A stretch of DNA of 64,000 nt from Vitrella brassicaformis CCMP3155 (taxonomy: Eukaryota > Protista > Chromerida): NCBI GenBank assembly GCA_001179505.1, contig CDMY01000487.1, positions 1-64,000 of the forward strand, in the 5' to 3' direction. Under the pieces are notes generated by a model. The model was not told the DNA's origin. It did not search any database and saw only the letters and a list, made by a program, of their open reading frames with translations. Below are positions 37,944 to 50,323 of this stretch, one piece after another. Position 1 is the stretch's first letter; every line of letters begins with the position of its first letter. The translations under genes were made by a program, and so were the position numbers.

Positions 37944-39567
37944 TGGCAGGCCGTTCGTGTCTGTCTGTCTGTCTGTCTGTCTGTCAGCTTGACTGGCTCG
38001 CTCCTCCCCCCCGCCGACCGACCGCTTTGTTCTCCTTGCCCCTCTTCATCTCACAGAGGCTCAGCAGATCCTACACACACCACACACACCGACCGAGTGT
38101 CCTCCCTGCAGCTGAGGTGACATTCGTCAGACACAGCCACACCGGTGGGTGCGCACCTTGATGATGGTGACGACGAATCGCTTCTCGTTGGCCTCGTCCA
38201 TGGCGCCGCTGATGGACCCCATGGCCCAGCAGAGGCAGTTGAGGCGGGCGGGGTTCCACGGCTGCTGGGGGGAGGGCATCATGCCGTTGGTCGTGTCGCT
38301 CAGGCACTGTAAGGGACAGACAGACGCACAGACAGACATAGAGGACACCATGTGTGTGTGTGTGTGCAGAGAGAGGGAGGGAGGGGTGAGGGGTGTGGGG
38401 AGGGGGGACTTCACCTCTTGTGTGAGCAGTTCCAGCATGATGTGTTCCATGTTGGATTGGTCGAGGTGTGTGAGGTACACCATCACCTCGCGCATCTTGT
38501 GGTATAGCTCAACCTCAGCTGACCAACCAGCCAACCAACCAAGGAGCGATCCACACACAGACAGCGAGAGAGAGAGAGACACTGCCTGCCTGCCTGCCTG
38601 CCTATCTGGGTGCCTCTGTGTCTGCGGGTTCACCGGTGTCGACTTGGAGTTCCCTCGAGACCTCGCCCGTCTCCTCGTCGATCACTATCAACACCTACCA
38701 CACACACAATCACACACACGTGCCTGCCTGCCTGCCTGCCGGTTTCCCCCTCTCTCTGCGTGTGTGTCAGCTGGTCGACGGGCGCACCTCCGGCGGCTTG
38801 GCCATTTTGAGCATGAGCACCCTCCTGACGTCGCTCATGACGCCGTTATAGATCGGTGTGTAGGGGTTCAGGATGCTCAGGTCAAACGGACTGCCGCCGC
38901 CACACGACGGGCCGCCCGGACCGAGGTGGGTGGGGCTGGAGTGGGGCGCAGCCAGAGTGCTGTTGCCTGATATCCATCCATCCATCCATCCACCGTGACA
39001 CACCACATGAGGCGGGGGCGGGGGGATGTGGGTGCACTGACTGACCGTCGGAAGAGGTGTCCATGCCGGTGGCCTGCATGGCGTCTTGGGGTGCGGTGCC
39101 GTTCATGGCGCCGCCGTCCAGCAACAGGGGAGGGGGCAGCCCGTTTGAGCCGTTCGTGGTGCTCTCGGGCGGCCTCTGGGGCGGGGCGGGGCACACACCA
39201 CAACCAACAAGATGACCATGTGTGTGGTGTGTGGTGTGGTGTGGTGTGGTGTGTGGTGCACTGTACCATGTTCTCGTATAGTCGTTGCGCGAGATAGTGC
39301 CAAAAGTCGATGCATGTCTTGAAGGTCGAGTCGTTGGAACACGCCTGCGTTATGCTCACCTGTGCGACGGACGCACACACAGAGGATTCAGCGATCGATC
39401 AACGCAACGAATCCATCGGCGTCTTGCTTTGCTGCATACTGACCAGTGTGCCGAGAGCGGTGCTGAGCTGCGACTGCATGACGATGTGCTGCGGTAGCTG
39501 GCCCGCCGCCTCTATCGCTTGGAGGTGGTAGCGCAGAAAGGCTAAGTGATCAGATGGATGGCACACG

Positions 39568-39605
<38 letters not shown>

Positions 39606-41134
39606 AAGTGTGAGGGTTGGGGACGCCATTGTCTTTGTGTGTGTGGGTGCGTCGCGTGTGGAGTGCATCCATCCATCATACCTACCGGCGATAGCTATGG
39701 CCAGCTGGTTGAAGAAGTTCTCCCAGTATATTCTGATGGACCATTTTGATGGTGCAGCAAACGACGCGTGTGGTCACACTGAGGCGTGTGTCAGTCGGTG
39801 TCAGAGCTTAAGACACACAACTGACTGACCTGTGTTGTGGCGGCGCTTTGGTCTCGTACTCGATGGACTCTGGCGGCAAGGCAGACACCTTCTCAATCAG
39901 CCGGGAGAACAGGTACACTGAACAGACACACAACGAACGGCAGCCGCCTCTCTCCCCCTCTCTCTCTCTGTGTGTGTGTGTGTGTGTGTACGTAGTTTGT
40001 CGACGTATCTGTCAATTCCCTCGTGCAGTGCAGCGATCTCCCCGAGGCACTTGACGCACTCTATCCTGAACTCGGGCGGGTCCCAAAACTGGTCGATCAG
40101 GATGCCGATCAAGTTCGTCTGACAAACACACACACACACACACACACAGGGGTGCTGGCTGGTTCATGTGTGTGTGTCTGTGTGGCGGACGACTGAGATG
40201 TATACCTCGAACACGAAGCCGAGTGGGATCCACGCGAGAAAGTGCTGGATGCAGCTCAGCGTCACCCTACACACACACACACACAGAGGGGTCAAATGGT
40301 GCGTGTGTGTGGGTGGGTGGGTGTGCGTGGCTGTGAGGGTGTGTGGTGTGTGTGTGTGTGTGTGGTGCATTCACTCATTACTTGATGAGCGACGGTTTGA
40401 CGGCGCCCCGCTGCTGCATCCACGAGTCGAAGATGAAGGAGCACAGCTCGTAGATCACCCTGAACTGCTCGTTCATGGCGTCCTTGAGCTGCTCGATCTT
40501 CTTGGACGTCATCTGCTCACTCCCGAACTCAAACACCTCCTCGCTGTTGGCCAAACACACCATCATCATCATCAAATGTGTGTCTGTCGGTGTGCTGGAG
40601 GGGGTGGGGTGTTTACCTCAGGAGGTTGAGTATCTTCATGTTGTTCTCGCAGAGCGACTGGTTGGTCCGGGAGGCGCCGCAGATGTCAGGAATGAACGAC
40701 TCCCAGTTCTGAGGCCACTCCTTCTTCACTATCTGCCAACACACACCAACCACACACACACACACATCGACCCCAATCACACCACAGACAGACAGAATGT
40801 CACCTGAATGAGGGTCTCATTGAGTTTGGTGAGGAAGTGTTTCTCTCCAGCCTGGAGGCTCTCGTCGCTGCTGATCTTGATGGTGAGGTTGACGACGTAG
40901 GTCTTCATGCCCTCCTTCTGGTCCTTGGGCAGCACCTTCCACCTCGTGGCGATGCAGTTCTCGAGGATCGAGAGGGCGAAGAACTTGGTGTTGGGGTTGC
41001 TGCTGTTGCCCAGGATGGTGTCCACGTGGGTCCAGCTCTCGGGGTGGCCCTTCAGCTCGTTCAGCACCTGGTGCGCTATCGACCGCTGTAATGGGGACAA
41101 ACCAAACACACACACATGCACACAAAGCAGTGGA

Positions 41135-41167
<33 letters not shown>

Positions 41168-41296
41168 CTGTGTGTGCTTGACGTGACGTACGTCTTTCTC
41201 ATTGCCACTATACATGATAGTGACAACATGGTCGAGCAGCTTGACCCGCTCAGCGTTCCACTCGCCCGGCAGCAGCAGCGCCTGTGGCTCCATCAT
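34725..41296 (-). CDS. XPO1: Exportin-1 / CRM1 (more than 25 exons)
   Basis: Motifs: [96 protein letters not shown]|[41 protein letters not shown], and [13 protein letters not shown]|EYAGG. Confidence 0.98.
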
Positions 41297-41713
41297 TGAC
41301 ACCAGCACACCCAACACACACACACGCCACTGCCAGCCGCCCCTCTCGCCCACTCAACACCGCAGACACGACGCCACACCAAATGAGAGGAATCGGCACC
41401 GCGCCTCGAGACGTCACACACGGCCGATCTGCTGCCGATTGCGCCAGATGAGTGAGGTGAGGGGCTCTGCAGCCGCTGTTGTCCGCTGTCCACTGCTGAC
41501 AGTCACTCGTCTGCCAGTGATGTCACACTCACTGCGCCATGCCGCTTATCGGCCGCTCGCTCCAGATCTCAACTTGCCACAAGCAGCACTCCTGAACGCA
41601 TGTGTCCCTTCTCTCCCCATCTTGCCAGCTCGCTTTTTTGCTGGCGGTGGTTCCCCGGGGAAAAGAGAGCAGCGGCAGCGGCCGTATCCATATTTTGTTG
41701 GGTATTTGCTTTG

Positions 41714-43585
41714 ATGTCAACGAAATCATCGTTGTCTGGCGGCAGCGGCGTGTGGACGTCTGTGTCTGCGCACAGCATCGCCGAGGGGCTCATTGCCGAC
41801 CATGAGAGGGCAAAGGAGGAGAAAAGGAGAGTGGCGGAAAAGGCCAAAGCAACCGCCAACCAGGCCAGGGTGTGCACGATCTCACCAACTTCACATCCAC
41901 ACACACCTCACCTCTGTCTATGGCCATCTATCCAAATTTGTATCAGGATGTGTTGTCGGATCCTTCTCTGTCAGCCTCGCCGGCCGACCCTTTGCGCCAG
42001 GTGACCGACATCAACTACCAGAAGTTCGACCGCATGGCCAAGTCCCTCACCGACGCCGAGAAGGCCGAGGAGGAGGCAAAGCAGATGAAGGCCATGGCGC
42101 AACGGCAGATGCTCTCCTGCTCCCACGACCACTCCAAGGAGCGGCAGATCTATGAGAAGCCGACAGAGGAGAAGATCAAGGCTGCAGAGAGGTGAGGGCG
42201 TCCATCGTTGAGTGCACTCAGGTGGTACCTAGGTGTGAAATGAGTGTTTGTGGCTGTGTGTGTGTGTGTTGGCGAGTAGGTTTCGCGAGGAGGGCAACAT
42301 TGCCTTCCGCAACCGCAACTATGGCCTCGCTGCCACCCACTACCGAAGAGTCAGTCGATTCCTGCGCCCAACACACACACACACACTTACACACACACAC
42401 CCACACACACACCTCTCTCTTTTCTTGGTTGCAGGCGCTGGTTCAGTTCGACTACACGTTCCCCGAGACGGAGGAGGACAAGAAGTGGATGGAGTCGGTG
42501 CAGCTGGCCTGCCACCTCAACTTCGCCGCTACCAAGCTGCACATGCGGGAGTTCGACGACGTCAGGACACACACGCGTCTCGCACTCGACATCGACCCAA
42601 ACAACGTCAAGGCCTTCTTCAGAAGGTAGGTGCAACGAACAACACATGGAAGCAGGTGCCTGCAGCCTCTGTAGGCGTGTCTGTCGTGTTGGTTGTGTCT
42701 GTGTTGTGTGCAGGGGCACTGCTTCCATGAAGGAGGACAAGTACGAGGAGGCCGCGTCAGACTTTTCGCAGGCCCTCAAGCTGGAGCCCAACAACCGTGA
42801 GGTGCAGCAGGCCCTCCTCGCCCTCCAGCAGAAGCAGCGGCACTACCAACAGCAGTCCAAGAAGGTCATCACCAAGATGTTCACGGAAACGACTGACGAC
42901 GACCAACACCAACAGACCGCCGCTGCTAACCACGCCCAAGCAGCAGCCCCCGCCCCCGTTGCCCCGCACAGCAACACCATACTGCGGCCCAAGGCACCAA
43001 CAGCGGAGCTCCAGCCGCCATCCGATACACCTGCCCCTACGATGCCGGCAGAGCAAGCGACGGCGACTCAGCAAAACGATGAGAGGAGGGAGAGTGACGC
43101 GAGAGTCCCACCTGTGACGGAGTCGAGTGGTCTGCGGCACCGGGGCGGCCGGGGCGGTGAGGAGGTGATGCGGCAGCAGAGGGAGGGGGAGAGGCCTGCC
43201 AGCAGAGAGAGGGGGAGCAGGAATCAGGCTGACACACGGAAGGCCGAAGCGGAGAGGGGAGGGCAGATTGAGGTCTGTACGCAGCCAGCCACCATACGCA
43301 GCGCCGCGAGGCCGACTCTGATTGATTTGATTACGTCTGTGCGTTTGTCTGCAGAGTGGCGCCGGTGGTGGTGGCGATTCGTTGGTGTTGATAGAGGAGG
43401 TGGAGCGGTCGGTGATGCGCATCATGGGCACCCTCCTGCTCTTCTCCGCCGCACTCACTCTCTCATTCGGTCAGCCACCACACCCACACACGCGAGCGGC
43501 TGATGCGTGGCTTGCTTGGTGTGTGCTGTGCTGTGCTGTGTCTTTCGTGAGTGCAGGCGTGTGGATGCTGTGTCAGCATGGGTAA
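41714..43585 (+). CDS. TPR-repeat protein (FKBP/cyclophilin-40-type TPR clamp) with a C-terminal tail anchor
   Basis: Motifs: KAAE|RFREEGNIAFRNRNYGLAATHYRR|AL, ACHLNFAATKL, ALDIDPNNVKAFFRR|G, and DFSQALKLEPNNREV. The last exons give IMGTLLLFSAALTLSF|GVWMLCQHG*. Confidence 0.8.
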
Positions 43586-43982
43586 AGTCAGACAGGGCAG
43601 ACACTTTTTGCGTGGCTATGTGATGCGCGTGTGTGGCCTGGCCGGCCCACCCTGTCTGTCTGTGTGGGCTGGGCGCGTGTTGACAAGGCTAGCTAGGATA
43701 GGTGTGTTGTGATGATGGAGGGTCACGAATGCTCTCTCATCGGTGTTTGTTTACGTGCCGTTCAAAAGCCGTTCACAGTCGCACAAAAGCGTCCATCAGT
43801 CAATCGAGTCAATCGCATCACACACCTACCCACCACAGGCATCGGCATCCCATCGCACGCACAGCAGCCAGTCTGTGGCGCACGGCACGCCATACCCAAC
43901 GTGTACCACACCGCCGACAGACAGACAGACAAGCAAGCTGCTTAAGGCAAGCAGCGCTCCGCTCCAGTCAGGCGCCTGCTGC

Positions 43983-44929
43983 TCACTTCTTCTTGATCGC
44001 ATCCTTGATGACACGCGATTTCTGCGCATTATCACACCACAGCAGATGGTGCGTGGTGCGAGTGCCTTCGGTTCCTGTGTGCTCCTTGGCTGTCGGTCCT
44101 ATCTGACCTTTTTCCTGGCCACCATGACCTTGAAGCGCTCCAGGTCGGTCAGGTTCGCACGGCGCTTCTTGGCAGCGCTGCATTAATGAGGGAGGGACAC
44201 ACCATCACGCGTGGCGCCATCCCTCCCTGTCTGTCTGTCGTGCTTACAGTTTCTTAGCCCATGTGGTCTCCTCCCACTTGGAGAGGGTGCTGTCGTCCTC
44301 TAGCGCCTGATCAACACATACACCCACCTCTCACCCCCCTCTCCAACACACGCACGCCCCACGTACCTGTGCGAGAGAGTCGGTGGAGCATCCCCGGTCG
44401 ACCTCGACTCGCAGGTCAGTGAGCCGCAGTCGCTTGTAGGGGATGGTCTGCCGAACCACACCCGTCAGCGGGCCATCGATCAGCGCACGACGGTCATCCA
44501 CCACGTCAACTATCGTGCAGATCTACATCACACACACACACCATCGACACACACACCACAGAGTGGCCAGAGAGAGAACGGCACCACCGGATGCCTCTCT
44601 GGCTGTCTGCCTTGTGGCACTCGTGCACAGCTGTTCTCGCTGCCTCTCCTGGCTTGCCTGCCTCCCTCCCTCCCCTGCTGCAGCGCCCTTGCTGATCTGA
44701 TCTGATCTGATCTCCCCTCTCTCTGCCCGCGTTTCTGTCTGTGTCTGTGCGTGTCCTTGCCCATCTTTCCCCACCTTGCCGACATCCGGTCCATCTGACG
44801 AGCAGAACAACACGCACACACAGGCACAGACGAGTGAGTGGCGGGTGATGGCTGGGATCGTAGCTTTTGTCACCGCTTACATGTGATCAGACACACACGG
44901 CCAGGCTCCACGAAACGCGTGAACGTCAT
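43983..44929 (-). CDS. RPL14: 60S ribosomal protein L14 (eL14), five exons
   Basis: MTFTRFVEPGRVCLIT|YGPDVGK|ICTIVDVVDDRRALIDGPLTGVVRQTIPYKRLRLTD...KWEETTWAKKL|AAKKRRANLTDLERFKVMVARKK|KSRVIKDAIKKK*. Confidence 0.97.
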
Positions 44930-44955
44930 TCTCACGCCAGAGGGCAGAGGCTGCG

Positions 44956-45003
44956 ACCCTAAACCCTGAGTCAAACAGGAGAAACCCTGAACCCTAAACC
45001 CTG
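44956..45003. promoter_or_regulatory. Cluster of telomere-type heptamers (telo-box-like) upstream of RPL14
   Basis: accctaaaccctga at 44956-44969 and gaaaccctgaaccctaaaccctg at 44981-45003, which is 27-74 nt upstream of the RPL14 ATG. Confidence 0.55.
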
Positions 45004-45073
45004 CATGACAAGAGGGGCGGGAGAGAGAGAGGCGGAGCTCTGGTCGGTAGAGTGAGTTGCGGCGATCCATACA

Positions 45074-45831
45074 TCACAGAGAGGAGATGTCTGTGCAGGT
45101 GTTTTGAGTGTGTGACGGCGGCGCTTGTTCTGTGCGCACCTTGTGTGGCCATGACGCGGAACCGATCAGTGGATGGCGGAGGGTCCGCCATGGGCTTCTT
45201 GAGAGTGATCTGTTCATCGCGACACACATCAACCACACACAAAAGATCGACCATCCCGTGACAGACAGACGGCGCCATGCAGCCGCCTCCCATCCTTCCT
45301 CATTATCTCCGCATCGGCCAGCCCGAGATACCTGTCCAGCACCCACCTGTATCTCTTCCTTGCCATGGCTCTTGCTGGGCGACAGCGCCCGTTCTTGTGT
45401 ATGTAGCCGGAATCGGTGTTTGTCAACGTTCTACAAGGCAGCCAGTGCTCTCTGCTGCCATCTGTTTGTCCGCCGGTGCCAGTGCAGGGAGGGGTAGACA
45501 GGCCGTATGCATGCTTTGCATGTACATGCTGCTAGTTTAGTGCGTGAGACAACAGGATCCCTCCGGGGTTACAGACACGAGTCTCGTTAAACACACTAAC
45601 CAACCAACCTTGCGTGTCCTGGGCCTTCAGCGTGCCGTATCCGGGCATGTAGATGTAGTTTAGGGGCGCAGTGGTCTGGATCTTGTAGGCCACGGGAGCA
45701 TTGGTTGTGTTCTCAAGGCGCAGGTTGGCAGTGACAGGGCTGTCCAGCTGCACCGGGAACTCTATGGTCTTCTCTAGCGTCACCGACAGCAGCGGCGTGA
45801 GGATGATGTTCACACCTTCACGTTTTGCCAT
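45074..45831 (-). CDS. MSP (major sperm protein)-domain / VAP-like protein; 3' exon structure uncertain
   Basis: IEFPVQLDSPVTANLRLENTTNAPVAYKIQTTAPLNYIYMPGYGTL matches the MSP signature (L.N......FKVKTT.P..Y...P..G). Downstream candidate exons are NVDKHRFRL and ITLKKPMADPPPSTDRFRV. Confidence 0.65.
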
Positions 45832-45930
45832 CGACAGGAACAGTCGGAACAACCTGGTTGGTTGGTTATTGTGTTTAACAACCTGAAATCGAAAGAAAAT
45901 TGCAAGCTTGGGGCCATGCGGACGTAGGGA

Positions 45931-48900
45931 ATGGCCGCGGCGATGGAGGTGGTCCTGTCGCCTCGCGGGGCGGTCATCTTCCATCAGGTGGTCAAGTGCC
46001 ACCAGAAGGTGGGCAAGGAGGTGGCTTTGGAGGCGACGGGCGAGGAGCTGAAGATGGCCACCATGAACGACGCCCAGACCGTCACCATGGTGTCCAGCTT
46101 CCACCGGTAAGCACCACCGGCTTGGTTGGCTTCATGGGATGGATGACGATGGCTGGCTGCAATGGCCGGGTGGATGGATGTGTGTGAGATCAGGTCGTTC
46201 TTCTGGTCGTTTGTGTTGGATCCGAACGACCCGTTCCGCGCGACGGTGCTGACGCGGCTGCTGGTGAATGCACTCACCAAGACGCCCAGGGGCGACAGGC
46301 TCGTCATGAGCGACAACACCAGCCACGCATTCCTCTCGATACTGTCAGTCAGTACTTACAAACACTGAATGCCTGCCGTGATGCCATCCGTGTGGATGCA
46401 TGTGTGTGTGTGTCCTGTGCGTGTGCGTGCGTGTGTGTGTGTGTGTGTGTGTGTCCTCCCTCTCAGTGGTGACTCGAAGCATGGCATCTGCACCACCCAG
46501 TGCCTGGCCTACCGTGAGAGCGACCTCGCCGCACCACTGCCACACATCGGTGCGCCACACACGCACCCACACCCACACACGGCCCCACACGCACGCAGAA
46601 CACACCAATGACTGACACGCACGCCCCGCCTCCATCGCCTTGACGTGCATCCGTGTGTGCAGGTCAGCGCCCTCGGCGTCACGTCATTCGTCTGTCGGCC
46701 AAGGACCTGGACACCGTCATCCGCCACATGGACAAGAAGGCGGGCGGGGGCGGAGGGCGGGGCGCCAACCTCACCCACGAAATGCGGCTCTGCCTCGACC
46801 GCGGAAACCAACACATCAATGTACCCACGCCACGCACGGACTCATGGGGAGGGAGAGGGTGACATGTGGGCTGGTGTGGTGTGGTGTGTGTTGATGTGTG
46901 TGGTCAGTTCCGATCGTACGATGACGTTACTGAGGACCCCATACCGAAGGACGACGCTGCGCAACAACCCCACCAGCAGCAGCAGCAGCAGCAGCAAGCG
47001 GTCAAACGGACGACCAGGTCCATCACCATCACTGGAACCAGCGTGAGCCTCTCCTAACCCCCCCAACACACACACATGAATGGCATATTGTGTAGCCGTT
47101 TGTGTGTGTGTGAATGTGTTTCTGTGTCAGTTCGCGTGTTTTGACATCGGCCACAGCAGTCAGGGTGACGGTGGTGGTGCGTCCGGTGCGGCATCGGGCA
47201 GCCGTGGGTCGACACAGGGTTCGGTGCCGCTGCCCAAGGAGAGCTGGTTCGTCTTTCCTGTCAAGGAAATCAAGGCACTCACTGCTTTAGCTGGTCAGTC
47301 CAGTCACCACACGGCCTACACGAGTGGGCAGGGCAAACGTGTGTGTGCTCATGTGTCCATCCATCCATCCATCCCTCTCTTCGTGTGTGTGTGTGTGTGT
47401 GTGTGTAGCTCAAGTGCATTCAGAGGTGTCGCTGATCTTCAATCGGCCGGGGCGTCCTGTCGTTGCCACGGTGGGCAAGAGGAGCACAGCGGGCGTGTGG
47501 CAACCGTGCAACCATCTGAATGTGCGTGTGGTACTTACTGTGTTGTGTTATGGCTGATCAGATCGGTGTGAAGGCCCAGATGGCCAGCCATGACGACGAG
47601 TACCTGTTCCAAAACCTCACCGACGCCCTCATCCAACAGCTGGGCACTTACGACATGGGCCACTGTGAGTGGACGGAGGGATGGATGTGTGAAAACCTCT
47701 CTGTGTGTGTGGTGTCTGGTGTGTTCGTTCAGTTGAGACTGACGCGGGGAACGAAGGGGGCCCGGTGACAGGTGTGTGGCTGGATGGATGGACACACAGA
47801 GGCAGACACAGACACCGGCTCGTCGTGTGTGTGCTTGGTGTGGTGTGTCGATCAGCCAACTTGCACGCATGGGGCAGCATTCTGTGGCTCAGCACCATCG
47901 ACGTGAGCAGGCAGGAAGGAGCTGGGGAATGACACACGGGGGCAACCATCTGTCTGTCTGTCTGTCTGTGTGTCTGTGTGTGTGGATAATCCGCGTCTGT
48001 GTGGCAGACCGACATGGAGCCCTACGACGACGACATGTACTTCGACCCAACGGAGAACGACCAACAGCAGCCGCAGGTACGCTGCACCACCACACACCCC
48101 CGCACACGCACAGACACTGACTCTTCGCCGCCGCCCCTCCCACTTGCTCTCAGGATGCCCCCCAGCCCCCACCAGCTGCGGCAGCAGGAGCCGGTGCACC
48201 GCCCCCGCCCGCCCCCAACGATATGGACGATGAGGGCCTGGACGACCTGCTGGACGGTCTCAACGACGAGTGGCTGCAGCAGCAGCGGCAGCAGCAACAA
48301 CAGCAAGAGCAGCAGCAGCAGCAGGGCGGAGAGGAAGGGGAGGGCAACAACACCGCAGAGAAGGAGGATGGGATGGCTGAAGGCGGCGGTGAGGGTGAGG
48401 GTGGGATGGAGGTGGAGGTGGAGTGGGAGGGGCCGAACCCATTTGCAGGACAGCACCAGCATCACCAGCAGGAGGAGGAGCAGGTGAGAAGGAAGGAGAG
48501 AGAATGGGTGGGCCGGTAGGTAGGTGTGTTCTCGTTGGTATCTCTCTTTTCGCCTGTCTGTTCAGGCATCGCAGCGCATCAACCGTCGCCCTCTGAATCC
48601 CTCGCCACGATACGCCAACAAACCCCGCACAAACAACAACAACAACCAGCAGCAGCAGCCGGCTGCCGCAGCTGCAGCTGCGGCAGGTCAGTCACACTCC
48701 ACAGACTGAAGCACGCCGCATCCACCCTCCTCTCTCCTGTGGGCATGTGCCTGAGTGCAGGTGGCGGCCTTCGTCTGGGCCAGGCTATGCGCCGCACACG
48801 CAACCAGCACCAGCAGCAGCAGGGCGCGGCCAACGACAACGGTGGCGTTGGCGGTGGCGGAGCTGCGGGTAGGGGCGGTGCCAATGATGGTGACGATGAG

Positions 48901-49367
48901 GGCGAGGACGCCAATTTCGGGAGGCACATGTTCGGCGGCTACGTCACTGACCCACGGTAGTCGCTAGCTACTGCAGGCACACACCAGGCAGACAGAAGAC
49001 AGACGAGACGGATCCCTCCATGCCCTCTGTCCATCTGTGTGTGTGTGTGTGCGTGTGTGTGTTTGTTGGCAGCGAGCGCATTTTGGCCAAATCCAAGGCC
49101 AAGCCGCGTCAGAAGCCTCGCAGGCGGTGGGACGACGTCGAAAGCGACGAGGAGGACTTCTACGACGATCAGGCTGAGGATGAAGAATATCCCGCCACGC
49201 CACCACGGGCAGGTACGCACGGGGTAAGGACTGGGTGTCAGTCAGTGGTGGCTTGGGTGTGTGTGTCAGGTAACGAGCGTCGGGTGCCTTTGGAGGAGTG
49301 GATGGACATCGAGAAGGCGTTCGACTGGGGCAAACCGAAGAAAAAGAAGAAGAAACAAGATGCGTAG
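45931..49367 (+). CDS. RAD9: Checkpoint clamp subunit RAD9 (9-1-1 complex) with a long disordered tail
   Basis: Colinear matches to RAD9 recalled from memory: KVGKEVALE ~ RIGDELYLE; SKHGICTTQCL ~ CKFGVRKTHNL; FRSYDD ~ LRSYHE; FVFPVKEIKAL ~ ITFCLKEFRGL; SLIFNRPGRPVV ~ SIHFDAPGRPAI. Start is 45931 or 45943. Confidence 0.8.
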
Positions 49368-50323
49368 AGTCGTTGGTTGAGGGGGCAGGGCAAGGAGGCG
49401 GGGGGCGGCAGATGAGAGACATGTAGATCGGTTGCTGCATGCTGCGTGGCGTGGATCGATGCATGTGTGTGTGACTAGCTAGCGAGAGACATCCATCCAC
49501 GGCAATCAGATGAGATGTAGCCATGAATCGAGTAGTGTCATTGATTGTGTTGTGGGTCCACACGTCTTCCCCAGCGCCTGCCTGCATCCACACACGCGTT
49601 GCTGTGCTGTATGCTCCTCACCTCACTCGCAGTCCACACGAACCGCTTTCACACGATTCACACGCACACACACACATATACACACACTTGCGATGACAAT
49701 ACGATCAACGATACCCACACACACTCACACACAGAGGGCAAACCCCTGCCGTGTCATAGAGGGGGAGGGAGGGAGGGAGGGAGGGAGGGAGGGGTAGCTA
49801 GTCCTGTACACACCATCTAAAATACCTACACACAACATATGGATCTATGCAAAAACTTCCCCTCTCTCTCTCTCTCTCTTCCTTTGACCGACGACAGAAA
49901 CGAACACGTCACAGGGGAATGAGAAGCCCATACCCACACCCACAGCCACAAACCCACCGACACATTTCACTTACCTGCCGGCAACCAGGTGAGAGATGCA
50001 CATGCCATGATAGGCACGGCACCCATGCCCACGACAGACAGGCAGGTCACGACGGCAGCTCAGCAGCAGACAGAAGTGACGAAGACACGAGGGAAAACAA
50101 GCAGAGGAGGGGAGGGAGGGGGGGCGGGAGGGGAGAAGAGAAGCCGAAGGCAACAAGGAGAAAGACCAAAAGGAAACCCGTCACCAACCACCGTACCGTA
50201 AGTGCCACCGACGCACGTGTCTCGCCCTCGTCAAGGCAAAACTTTCGGACGTCGCGTTGCATTAGTTAGGGACACTGTATTGCCCAACCGACAGGGAGGC
50301 AGGCAGGCAGGCAGTCACCCGAC

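Noticed and set aside
44525-44765. Possible H/ACA snoRNA in RPL14 intron 2
   Set aside because: One hairpin and an AGAACA hexamer are present, but there is no second hairpin with a correctly placed ACA. A covariance-model search would be needed.
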